Positions 1 to 9,135 of a DNA stretch of 64,000 nucleotides are shown here, one piece after another (positions within the stretch are counted from its first letter, which is position 1; each line of letters begins with the position of its first letter). Under the pieces are notes generated by a model that did no database searches, was not told the DNA's origin, and was given only the letters and a program-made list of their open reading frames with translations. The DNA is from an uncultured archaeon (GTDB taxonomy: Archaea > Micrarchaeota > Micrarchaeia > Micrarchaeales > CABMGC01), in assembly GCA_963729635.1 (NCBI GenBank), contig CAVSOP010000006.1:27283-91282 (forward strand). The letters run 5' to 3'. A program made the position numbers and the translations under genes.

Positions 1-16
1 CTGGTGTAGTGATGTC

Positions 17-1152
17 ATGAAAAAGGTCGCGCTCGCAATGCTCCTGCTCCTCGTCTCCAGCGCGAGCGCCTTCAGCATGCCCTCGACATTCTGCTCCGAC
101 CTCTTCACGGGCACCAACGCCAACAACCCGCTGCTCAGCGCGAGCTCGTACGCCTCCCTGCTCGGCATCTCCCTCGTCGTGGTGCTCATGGTGCTGACCG
201 TCCTCGGGATAACCTACGCCATCGGCATGGCCTTCAAGGTTGAGTCGCTGAAGAGCTTCACCAAGTCGGAGTTCCTCGAGAGCTTCTTCAACATCGTTCT
301 GATAGTGGTGATCTCCTCGGGCGTGGCGTTCTCCGGGAGCGCGATAGCGTTCGTGACGAACGTCGGGCTCGCGGGGATACAGTCGGTGTCATCGCAGTCC
401 GCGTCGTGCAGCGCGTCTTCGGCCGGCGGCCAGTGCGCCTCCTCTATAGCGCCCGCGCAGGCGGTGCAGGTCACAGACACGGAGAGCGTCTACCTGGGCA
501 TCTGCAACAATTACGTCCAGAACGGGATCGACACCAGCATCAACAACGCAGTACAGGGGCAGGGCTCCGTGCAGATACTCACCGCCATGCTGGGCATGAC
601 CTTCGACTGGAGGGTTAGCGGCAATGGGGTCGTGTTCATCCCGCTGTGGGGCATCTTCCCGGTCGTCTCTCTGGTCAACACCCAGGTCGGGATCTTCGAC
701 GCCATAATCGGCATGCTGCTGCTGATAACCTTCCTCCTGTACATAATCTACTCCGTCTTCCCCGTCTTCCTGTACGTCGGGATACTGCTGAGGTCCTTCC
801 CCTGGACGCGCGCGGCCGGGGGCACCTTCATCGCGATGTTCATAGCGTTCTACATAATATTCCCTGCGATACTGTATCCGTTCTCGCTCTACCTGCAGAA
901 CATCTACGCGGCGCTGAGCATCCTCCGGGCAGCCTCGACCGGTTTCTCTTCAGCGGCGTGCTGGCCGTGCTGCCTCTCATCTCGGGCACGAGCATGCTGA
1001 GCGAGATAAGCGGCTTCGCGCAGACCATCGCCTCGACGGGGCTGCAGCTGATGGGAGTACTGATCGGATTGATGATATCCCTGGACATCGTGGAGGCGAT
1101 AGGCAAGCTCCTTGGAGCGCCGTCGACGCACACCAGAAGCCTTCTTGGGTAA
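17..1152 (+). CDS. Polytopic membrane protein with signal-peptide-like N-terminus (paralog 1 of 3; VirB6/CedA-like candidate), one apparent frameshift
   Basis: ORF 17..1000 starts MKKVALAMLLLLVSSASAFS and has many hydrophobic spans. Reading continues in the frame of ORF 646..1152 after an apparent 1-nt indel near 930-960. The motif RAAGGTFIAMFIAFYIIFP recurs in the next two genes. Confidence 0.55.
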
Positions 1153-1158
1153 GTTACT

Positions 1159-2185
1159 ATGATGGGAATCCTGCTTCAGAGCATAGCGGGGTACATCACC
1201 TCGCCCCTACTGCTGTGGTTCCCCGTGGCGCTGGCGGGGCCGCCGCCATAATCGGGATAATAGCCATGATCTACATGCTGAGCACGTTCACGGGCAGGCA
1301 GGACCTGAAGGTGTGGGCGAGGGCCAAGATCTACGAGGTCCTGATGTCGATAGTCCTGATCCTGATCTTCTTCGCCGTGGTGGCGTCATTGCTCCCTGAA
1401 CTTCCAGCAGGTGTTCAATTCCGCGGGGCTGGTACTCTGCGGAGTGCCTGCCCCCGATGAACACGGCTACGGACTTCTTCACCCTCGCGGTCTGCAACAT
1501 GTACCAGTTCAACCAGGGCGTGGCCAACCTCGTGGGCGTGGTCTACGAGCTCGGCGCGGTCTCCGCGATGGTGCCCCAGGTAAAGCTGAACCTCGTGGTC
1601 ATCTCCACCAGCTTCAACCCGATCTCCCCAGGCCTCACTTCCTTCCTGGGCTACCTCGTCGACATAATCTTCGCCGCGTTCGTGCTGTCGCAGGTCCAGC
1701 TCCTGCTCCTCGCCGCGTCCCTCCTGCTCTTCTCGCTCTTCCTCGGCATGGGCCTCATCGCAAGGATATTCTCCGTAACCCGCAGCTTCGGCGGGGCGAT
1801 GATCGCCCTAGGCGTGGGTCTGGGCATAATCTATCCGATGCTGGTCTGCCTCACGTACGGATACATCAACGTCAGGCTGGACCAGACCAGCGCAGGGGTC
1901 ATGGGAACGGCGTTCGGAATCCCAGGCACGGGGATATTCACTCTGGCAGGGGGGATGATACCCAACGTGATCCTGTTCTTCATTGGCTCCCTGGTGAACT
2001 TCACGCCGTCCTCTGCTGTGCAGAGCTGGCTCATCGGCCTGCTCACGTACGGCGGGCTGGCGGGGGCTGGGTTGATATTCATTCCGTTCCTCAACTTCAT
2101 CATAGTCGACATCTTCATGATAGACTTCTCCCAGGCAATAGGGGAGAGGATGGACTTCCTGAAGCTCTTCACTTCCCTGGTATGA
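1159..2185 (+). CDS. Polytopic membrane protein (paralog 2 of 3), apparent frameshifts
   Basis: ATG at 1159 (MMGILLQSIAGY). The reading joins the frames of ORFs 1215..1460 and 1457..2185 and has many hydrophobic spans. The motif RSFGGAMIALGVGLGIIYP parallels gene 1. Confidence 0.5.
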
Positions 2186-2195
2186 GGCTGATCCG

Positions 2196-3264
2196 GTGCG
2201 CAAGAAAATCGCGATCTACGCCTTCGCGGCCCTCCTGGCGCTCCTGGCCGGGACTAGCTGGGCGCAGGGCACGACCCAGTGCGCCGCGGAGGGCACGGCC
2301 AACGTGCTCGCGCCGTGGTACTGCAGCCAGGTGAACCAGGCCGTCGCGGGGACGTGGGAGGCTTGGGCGCCCCTTGCTTTCGTCACGATCACCCTCGCGT
2401 TCCTTATCGCGGCGACGATATTCATGGCTGGGACGGCCATGAGGAACGACAAGGTGAGGAACTTCGGCGTCGGCGAGATGTACGAGGCGGCGGCCACGGC
2501 CCTGATAGCCATCTTCTTCCTCACACTGGCGGCGGTCCTGTTCGGGATCGTGCCCGCGTTCGTCACCGGCCCGATAAACCCCTACGACACTGCCCTCACC
2601 TACATAAGCAACACGGCGGGCGCCACGCAGCTAGTCGTCAGGAACCTCTACAACATACTGATCATATCGCTGTACTACACCACGGTGAACCTGAACGTCT
2701 CGTCGTTCGGCTTCGCCAGCTCGATATTCAACGCCCTGGCTCCGGCCATCGCCCTGCTCTTCGCGCTCCCCGCAGAGGCCGATGGGCAAGCTGCTCGTGG
2801 ACGGCCTCATGGCGCTCTCCATGGAGTTCTACCTGCTGATCTTCTTCATGTACCTGGCGATACCTGTGTTCCTCATGCCCGGCATAATACTGAGGGCCAT
2901 ATTCCCGCTCAGGGGCCTCGGGGGGATGCTGATAGCCGTCGCGATATCGTTCTACCTGGTGCTGCCCCTGCTCTTCTCGGTCGCATATTATTTCACTAAC
3001 ACGGGCGTCATCGGGCGCTGGACGCATCCGCCGCGGCGCTCTGACGTCCACGGCGCCGGGACGCTCGCCGAGACCAACGCCGCGTCGGCGACGGCGCCGC
3101 TCGTGACCGACGTGAAGGGGCTTGAGAGCGGCATGGGGGCGTACTTCCTCGCGGTGATCGTCTACCCGGGGCTCATACTCGCCCTGACGTACGTCGCAAT
3201 GACGCAGATAGCCGAGTTCATAGGCGGGGTCTCGAAGATGTCAGGCAAGATGAGGCTGCTGTAG
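2196..3264 (+). CDS. Polytopic membrane protein with signal-peptide-like N-terminus (paralog 3 of 3), one apparent frameshift
   Basis: GTG start, MRKKIAIYAFAALLALLAGTSWAQG. ORF 2196..2999 continues in the frame of ORF 2782..3264 (indel near 2775). Motif LRGLGGMLIAVAISFYLVLP. Confidence 0.55.
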
Positions 3265-3307
3265 ATACATTATATATCCCTAACTCACAACTATAAGTCG
3301 TGGTCCC

Positions 3308-4138
3308 TTGGCTCTATCTGAAAGACTGGTGTTCGCGCTTCTCATCATGGCGTCGATGGCGCTGGTGCTCTTCACCATCCTCTTCGCCCTGCCGGACGCG
3401 GTCAAGTTCGTCTTCGTAGTCGTCGCGCTCGCGCTCGACGTCCTGGCGTTCTCGACCAAGTACTACTTCCAGTTCTTCGTGCCCTTCTCCCAGATGAAGG
3501 GCAGGACGGTGCTCCTCAACGACGGCGAGGCGTTCACCATCGCGCCCTCGGGGAACGCTATCGTCGTCAGGAACGGGCAGGACACATACGCGAGCGCGAT
3601 CGTCAAGATACCGTCGTACAGGTCCGCCACGGAGATGACGGACGCGGAGAAGGTCGATTTCGCTAAGATGTTCGGCAGGGTCGTGAGCCTGGCGAGGAGC
3701 CCGGTGAAGTTCGCCGCCCAGCTCTACGTGATAAACAAGGACGCGTACATCTCCAACATAAAGGCCAAGCTCGACGAGGCGGAGGAGAGGTACCAGGGCA
3801 CGGTCCTCAGCAAGAGCCTCTCCAAGGCAGACTCCGAGAGGATAAGGGGGGAGGTGACGATGTGGCACAACCTCTTCGACAGCGTGAACAAGACCCGGTC
3901 CCAGTCGCTCGAGGCGTACGCGATGGTGACTTCACCGGGGAACACGGAGGAGGAGGCGGTGAACCTCGCGCTCCAGCAGGCGGACGAGATAGCGACCGGG
4001 GTGAGCGCGATCTTCGGGATATCGGCAAGCATCGCCGAGGGGACGGACCTGCTCAAGTTCCTTGAGCCGGACTACATGATACCCGCCGTCACGATAAGCG
4101 AGCAGATGCGCGAGAGGACGGTGGACAGGGAGGCATAG
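3308..4138 (+). CDS. Bitopic membrane protein: N-terminal TM hairpin plus about 200-aa soluble domain (paralog A)
   Basis: Intact ORF. Two hydrophobic segments (LVFALLIMASMALVLFTILFAL, FVFVVVALALDVLAF) are followed by a charged soluble domain. Length and layout match the next gene. Confidence 0.6.
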   Translation: MALSERLVFALLIMASMALVLFTILFALPDAVKFVFVVVALALDVLAFSTKYYFQFFVPFSQMKGRTVLLNDGEAFTIAPSGNAIVVRNGQDTYASAIVKIPSYRSATEMTDAEKVDFAKMFGRVVSLARSPVKFAAQLYVINKDAYISNIKAKLDEAEERYQGTVLSKSLSKADSERIRGEVTMWHNLFDSVNKTRSQSLEAYAMVTSPGNTEEEAVNLALQQADEIATGVSAIFGISASIAEGTDLLKFLEPDYMIPAVTISEQMRERTVDREA

Positions 4139-4146
4139 GTGGGAAG

Positions 4147-4971
4147 ATGGACGAAAAGACGATGATCTACCTTGCCTTCTCCTGCGGGGTGGCTTTCCTG
4201 GTGCTCTTCGGCAGCGCTTCCTACGGCCTCTTCGCGGTGCCTTCCGTGCTCCTGGCCCTGCTGGCGATCACAGCGATATTCGTGATAAACTACGCGGACT
4301 TCCTCGTCTTCCCTCTGATCACCAACCTTCTCGGGGTAAGGATGGTCCCGGCGAAGAACTACTACATACCGAAGGAGAACAGCTGCATAATAAAGACAGT
4401 GAACGGGCTGTACTACGCCACGGGATACCTGACGGCCAACATATACAACTACGTCTTCGAGGCGGAGGCCGTTCAGGAGGGCGAGGACGCTGTGCTCGGG
4501 GCCGCCCCGGACAAGTGGGAGAGGATAGTCATGAACGCTGGCTTCCCCTTCAAGTACAACATGATCGCCGTGGCGCAGGAGGTGCAGAAGTACAGGGACG
4601 AGCTCGAGGGCAAGCGAGGGGTGTTCGAGTTCCAGCTCTCGCACGAGATGAGCAGCGAGTCCCCGGACCAGATGACGATAGACGATCTGCAGAGGAAGAT
4701 GAACATACTAGGCGCGAGGATAGGCAGGCTCTCCGAGGGCGAGAGGCCCGTGGACTCCATAATGTACATAGAGAGCACGGCAGTGGGGGTGAGCGAGAAG
4801 GAGGCCGCCGACGCGCTGACCAACCAGCTCAACCACCTGCAGACCCTCTTCAGCTCCTTCGACCTCGGGATAAACAGGGTCGTGGGCAGGGAGATGTACC
4901 ACCTCTTCACGTTCAACTACGCGCTGCCGGAAGAGGACATGCTCACGCAGGTATTCAGCATGCAGAGGTAG
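4147..4971 (+). CDS. Bitopic membrane protein: N-terminal TM hairpin plus soluble domain (paralog B)
   Basis: Intact ORF of 274 aa starting 9 nt after the previous stop. Two N-terminal hydrophobic segments are followed by a soluble domain. Confidence 0.6.
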   Translation: MDEKTMIYLAFSCGVAFLVLFGSASYGLFAVPSVLLALLAITAIFVINYADFLVFPLITNLLGVRMVPAKNYYIPKENSCIIKTVNGLYYATGYLTANIYNYVFEAEAVQEGEDAVLGAAPDKWERIVMNAGFPFKYNMIAVAQEVQKYRDELEGKRGVFEFQLSHEMSSESPDQMTIDDLQRKMNILGARIGRLSEGERPVDSIMYIESTAVGVSEKEAADALTNQLNHLQTLFSSFDLGINRVVGREMYHLFTFNYALPEEDMLTQVFSMQR

Positions 4972-5013
4972 GCGTCGGTAAAGCGATATAAGCTTATAGA
5001 GGATTGTTGGACC

Positions 5014-6520
5014 ATGGCACTCGTGAAGATCCAGAACGTGATGAGCAACGAGCTGGCGAAGAGGGTCATCTTCAGCAGGCCTCCGGAGCCGCCTCAGGAG
5101 TTCCTCCTCAACGACCCCACCAACTCGATATTCATAGGCATAACGAAGCTCTTCGGCGTGCCCTTCACGTGGACTTTCGCCAACCTGACGAACCCGCACA
5201 TCTCCGTCGTCGGAATAACCGGCGCCGGAAAGAGCTTCTTCGTCAAGACGTTCCTGACCAGGGCCAGCTACGTCTGGAAGACCAACGCGATAATAATCGA
5301 CTGGGCGGGAGAGTACAAGGCGTGGGTGCAGCAGAGCGGAGGGATAACCGTCGCGCTGGGCAAGGGCGACTACCTCAACATAATGGACCTCTCGGGCATG
5401 AAGCCGCTGGACAGGTCCAAGCAGATACTCACGTCCCTGGAGATACTCACCGACATGAGCGACTACCCGGAGCAGAAGAGGCTCACGGAGGAGGCGATAG
5501 AGCAGGCCTACGTGAACGCCGGCTTCAACCTGGCAGAGATACCACCGGCGGGCAAGGACGCGCCGACGCTCAAGGAGGTCATAAACCTGCTGGAGGAGAA
5601 GCTGCAGGAGGGCACGTACGCGTATCCCGCGGAGCTCGAGAACGCGGTCTACAGGCTCAGGCAGTTCGCGCGGGAGGGCGAGGACTACTTCGCCAAGAAG
5701 AGCACGCTCGACCTCGGCAAGCTGATCACTTCGGGGCTGGTGGACATCGACCTCTCCAGCCTGCCGGACGAGAGGTTCAGGGCGCTCGCGGCGCTGTTCA
5801 TACTGCAGACGCTCAAGGAGAAGATGAGGATGGAAGGCTGGAACGCCTCCAAGGGCCTCAAGGCGCTGGTCGTCCTCGACGAGGCGTGGAAGATCGCCGG
5901 CGACGAGAGGAGCGACGCGGTGACGATAATAAGGGAGGGCAGGAAGTACCAGTTCGGGCTCATAGTCGCGTCGCAGAACCCGACCGACATAAACGAGGCC
6001 ATCTTCTCCAACGTCGGGCACGTCCATAATGCTGAGGGTGAAGTTCGAGAAGTTCCTCAACTACCTCCAGGGCTCGCTCAACTTCTCCAACTTCATGAGG
6101 AAGGAGATAAGCGGCCTCGGCGTCGGGCAGGCCGCGGTCGACATGTCCTTCCAGACCTCGGTCCAGTTCCCGGAGGTCTTCCTGCTCGACAAGATAGTCG
6201 GGGAGATACCTCTCGACGTCTACACCATAACGCTCGCGGACGTGCTCAGCCAGGCGGAGCTCGAGAACCCGGACGTGCAGAAGGAGTACTACCTGGAGAG
6301 GATAGACCTGAACTCGAGGTTCATGCAGGCTAACATAAACTCCGGGGCGATAGAGAACGTCTTCAAGGAGCTCGACTCCAGGGGGAGGACCCTGGACGTG
6401 AGGGGCCTGATGCAGGTCATGATTAACGAGAAGGTGAACAAGGACACAGTAGTCCAGCTCCTCAGGGGATTCGGGCTCTCGGACGCCACGATAACCAAGG
6501 CGTTCGGCTACCTGGCGTGA
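5014..6520 (+). CDS. VirB4/TrbE/CedB-like (HerA-FtsK superfamily, DUF87-type) P-loop ATPase, one apparent frameshift
   Basis: Walker A GITGAGKSFFVKT, Walker B ALVVLDEAWK, then GRKYQFGLIVASQNP. ORF 5014..6333 joins ORF 6029..6520 if one G is removed from the GGG at 6016-6018. Confidence 0.75.
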
Positions 6521-6531
6521 CCCCGGGCGCG

Positions 6532-7047
6532 TCACTTGCCGACCTGGCCGGCCAGGTATCCGACCTTCGCGAACTCCTTCGGCGAGAACCTTATGCCGCT
6601 GAACTCGTCCCCTCCAGCGCCGACGACGTGGTCCTTGCCCATGACGCCTGAGTCGACGATAGCGGGTATGCCGCTCATGTAGAACGCGAAGGGCGGGACT
6701 CCTCCGATCTCGAAGCCGAGCGCGGCCTTTATCTCGTCCGGCCTGGCCAGCCCGAACTTGCCGGAGCCGAACCTGCCGGAGGCACGGGCGCATTCCCGCA
6801 CCCTCCCGAAGTCTATCCTCTGGTCGCCGCCCACGATCACGCCAAGATACTCTGACTTGCCGTTCTTCAGCAGCATCGACTTGACTATGCTGCCGCGCCC
6901 CTCGCCTGTCGCGGCTGCCGCTGATTCGGAGGTCTTGCCGCTCTCCTTGTGCTCGATCAGCGCGTACTCGATGCGCAGTTCCCCCAGCAGCTCAAAGAGC
7001 GCGGCGCGCGCGTCAGTGTTCCTCAGTTCGCGCCAATCCAAAGGCAT
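6532..7047 (-). CDS. YbaK/ProX-type aminoacyl-tRNA deacylase (editing domain protein)
   Basis: Intact 171-aa ORF. The pattern IVKSMLLKNGKSEYLGVIVGGDQRIDF ... IGGVPPFAF is typical of YbaK/EbsC-family trans-editing domains. Confidence 0.75.
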   Translation of the reverse strand: MPLDWRELRNTDARAALFELLGELRIEYALIEHKESGKTSESAAAATGEGRGSIVKSMLLKNGKSEYLGVIVGGDQRIDFGRVRECARASGRFGSGKFGLARPDEIKAALGFEIGGVPPFAFYMSGIPAIVDSGVMGKDHVVGAGGDEFSGIRFSPKEFAKVGYLAGQVGK

Positions 7048-7154
7048 AATACCCTCAGAAGTATTCTGAACGTCTGCTTCTTAAAATGACAGTACTCCTT
7101 CCGCCAAATGGCGCCGCACAAACAATATAAACTCAAAAGAACCTATGCATATCG

Positions 7155-8573
7155 GTGATTTGCGTGGGAGCTGAAGAAGCGCTTAATCTGCTGAAGGAGA
7201 AGAACGTAAAGTGGGTCGACGTCCAGTTCACAGACCTGCTCGGGAGGCTGCAGCACATAACCGTACCCTCGAAGGACTTCGACGATAAGTGCTTCGCGGA
7301 GGGATTCGGGAAGCTCGACGGGAGCAGCATAAAGGGCTTCACCTCGATAAACGAGAGCGACATGCTCCTGGTCCCGGTGCCGGAGACCATGACGATGATC
7401 CCTTGGATGGAGAAGACCGCCAGGGTCCTCGCCAACGTCCAGTGGGGCGGGGGGCGGGGCAGGTTCGAGAAGGATCCCAGATTCATAGCCGAGTCCGCCG
7501 AGAAATACCAGAGGGAGCGCGGGTTCAGCAGCTTCTACGGGCCCGAGCTGGAGTTCTTCATATTCGACAAGGTCGAGCTCGACGTCTCGACTCCTCAGAG
7601 CGGCACGTCCTACAGGCTGAGCTCGAGGGAGGCCCCATGGCAGAAGACCGGGAACTTCATGGTCAGGTACAAGGAGGGCTACTATCCCGCGCCTCCAGTG
7701 GACCAGCTGATGGGCGTCAGGATGGAGGCGGTCAACGCGCTCACGGACTATTTCGGATTCAACATAGAGGCCACGCACCACGAGGTGGCTACGGCTGGCC
7801 AGGGCGAGATAAACTTCACTTTCTCGACGCTGACGGATTCCGCCGACAAGGTACAGACGCTCAAGTACGTTCTGAAGAACATTGCCGCGAGCCACGACAT
7901 GGTCGCGACATTTATGCCGAAGCCCATGTTCGGGGACAACGGCACGGGCATGCACACCAATCTCAGCCTCTGGTCGGTAGACGGGAAGAAGAACGAGATG
8001 TACGACCCGAGCGACTCCTACGCCGAGATCAGCCAGACGGGGAGATACGCGATAGGAGGCATACTCGCCCACGCGCGGTCGCTCTCCGCGATCTCGTCTC
8101 CCACCACGAACAGCTACAGGAGGCTGATACCGGGATACGAGGCACCGGTCTACACGGCGTGGAGCAAGGCCAACAGGAGCGCGATAATAAGGGTGCCCGC
8201 ATACTACAAGGGGATGGAGAAGGCCAAGAGGATAGAGTACAGGGCCCCGGACCCTTCGGCGAACCCGTACCTCGCGTTCGCTGCGCTGCTAATGGCCGCG
8301 ATGGATGGCATAAACAAGAAGATCGAGCCTGCGGGGCACGTCGACGAGAACATATACCACCTCAGCAAGGACAGGAGGAAGGAGCTGAAGATAGGGGAGC
8401 TCCCGAGGTCCCTGGACGACGCGCTCGACGCCCTGGAATCCGACAGCGCGTTCCTGAAGCCGGTCTTCAACGACTCACTTCTGGACTCATACATCGAACT
8501 CAAGAGGGACGAGACCATGACGATGGCTCAGTACCCCCACCCGATGGAGTTGTACTACTATCTTGACGTCTGA
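7155..8573 (+). CDS. glnA: Glutamine synthetase type I
   Basis: Intact 472-aa ORF with GS hallmarks ([71 protein letters not shown]). GTG start is uncertain by a few codons. Confidence 0.95.
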   Translation: MICVGAEEALNLLKEKNVKWVDVQFTDLLGRLQHITVPSKDFDDKCFAEGFGKLDGSSIKGFTSINESDMLLVPVPETMTMIPWMEKTARVLANVQWGGGRGRFEKDPRFIAESAEKYQRERGFSSFYGPELEFFIFDKVELDVSTPQSGTSYRLSSREAPWQKTGNFMVRYKEGYYPAPPVDQLMGVRMEAVNALTDYFGFNIEATHHEVATAGQGEINFTFSTLTDSADKVQTLKYVLKNIAASHDMVATFMPKPMFGDNGTGMHTNLSLWSVDGKKNEMYDPSDSYAEISQTGRYAIGGILAHARSLSAISSPTTNSYRRLIPGYEAPVYTAWSKANRSAIIRVPAYYKGMEKAKRIEYRAPDPSANPYLAFAALLMAAMDGINKKIEPAGHVDENIYHLSKDRRKELKIGELPRSLDDALDALESDSAFLKPVFNDSLLDSYIELKRDETMTMAQYPHPMELYYYLDV

Positions 8574-9099
8574 GGGAGGACAGGACGGGGTGCGACTCCT
8601 CCTTATCCTCTACGCGGTTGAGATACAGCGCCGCGGCGAAGAGGTACGAGGACAGCCGGTTGAGGTATGCCTTGACATTGCCGTCCACCTGGTGGCTCCC
8701 GGCGGCCTCCAGCACGCTCAACTCGGCTTCCCTGGTCATGGCCCTTAATACGTGCAGCCGCGCCGCACCTGCGCACCCTCCCGGGTTTACGAAGCGCCCG
8801 GGACAGGGCACCACTTTCTCGATGACGTCCATGCGCGCCTCGAGCCGCGCTATCGGGTCTGCTAGGGCCCTGGAATCGCCGAGACCCGACAGCACTGCGC
8901 CTACCTCGAAGAGATCGTTCTGCACGCTCGCGAGCCCCGATCTGACGCGGCCGTCGCTCACGTAGCAAAGGGCCAGGCCGAGGCCGCTATTCAGCAGGTC
9001 TATGTCCGCCAGCGCGCGTATGATGGGATCAGTTTTGGGAACGGACTTGCCTAGGGCGAACGTCGTTCCCCCGTCACCGGCTCTGGTGTAAAAAGGCAT
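8500..9099 (-). CDS. pduO: PduO-type ATP:cob(I)alamin adenosyltransferase
   Basis: N-terminus [13 protein letters not shown] ... [10 protein letters not shown] ... [10 protein letters not shown] ... [13 protein letters not shown] matches the PduO/MMAB family. The C-terminal tail overlaps glnA convergently by 73 nt, so the true stop may be earlier. Confidence 0.85.
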   Translation of the reverse strand: MPFYTRAGDGGTTFALGKSVPKTDPIIRALADIDLLNSGLGLALCYVSDGRVRSGLASVQNDLFEVGAVLSGLGDSRALADPIARLEARMDVIEKVVPCPGRFVNPGGCAGAARLHVLRAMTREAELSVLEAAGSHQVDGNVKAYLNRLSSYLFAAALYLNRVEDKEESHPVLSSLRRQDSSTTPSGGGTEPSSWSRPS

Positions 9100-9135
9100 G
9101 AGTTAACCTCGTTTAGCAGATGACGAAGCCCGGAG

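Noticed and set aside
4708-6060. Long antisense ORFs opposite well-supported genes (for example 4708..6060-, 7143..8072-, 15485..16855-, 59983..60747-, 61042..61986-, 26539..27198-).
   Set aside because: They lie opposite genes with clear family motifs and are Arg/Leu/Pro/Gly/Val-rich with no recognisable domains. Such shadow frames are expected in GC-rich DNA with strong codon periodicity.
8500-8573. 73-nt convergent overlap between the glnA 3' end and the pduO-type gene 3' end as a functional antisense arrangement.
   Set aside because: The PduO-like tail after ...[11 protein letters not shown] is longer than usual and low-complexity. It may be an artefact of a missed stop caused by an indel.
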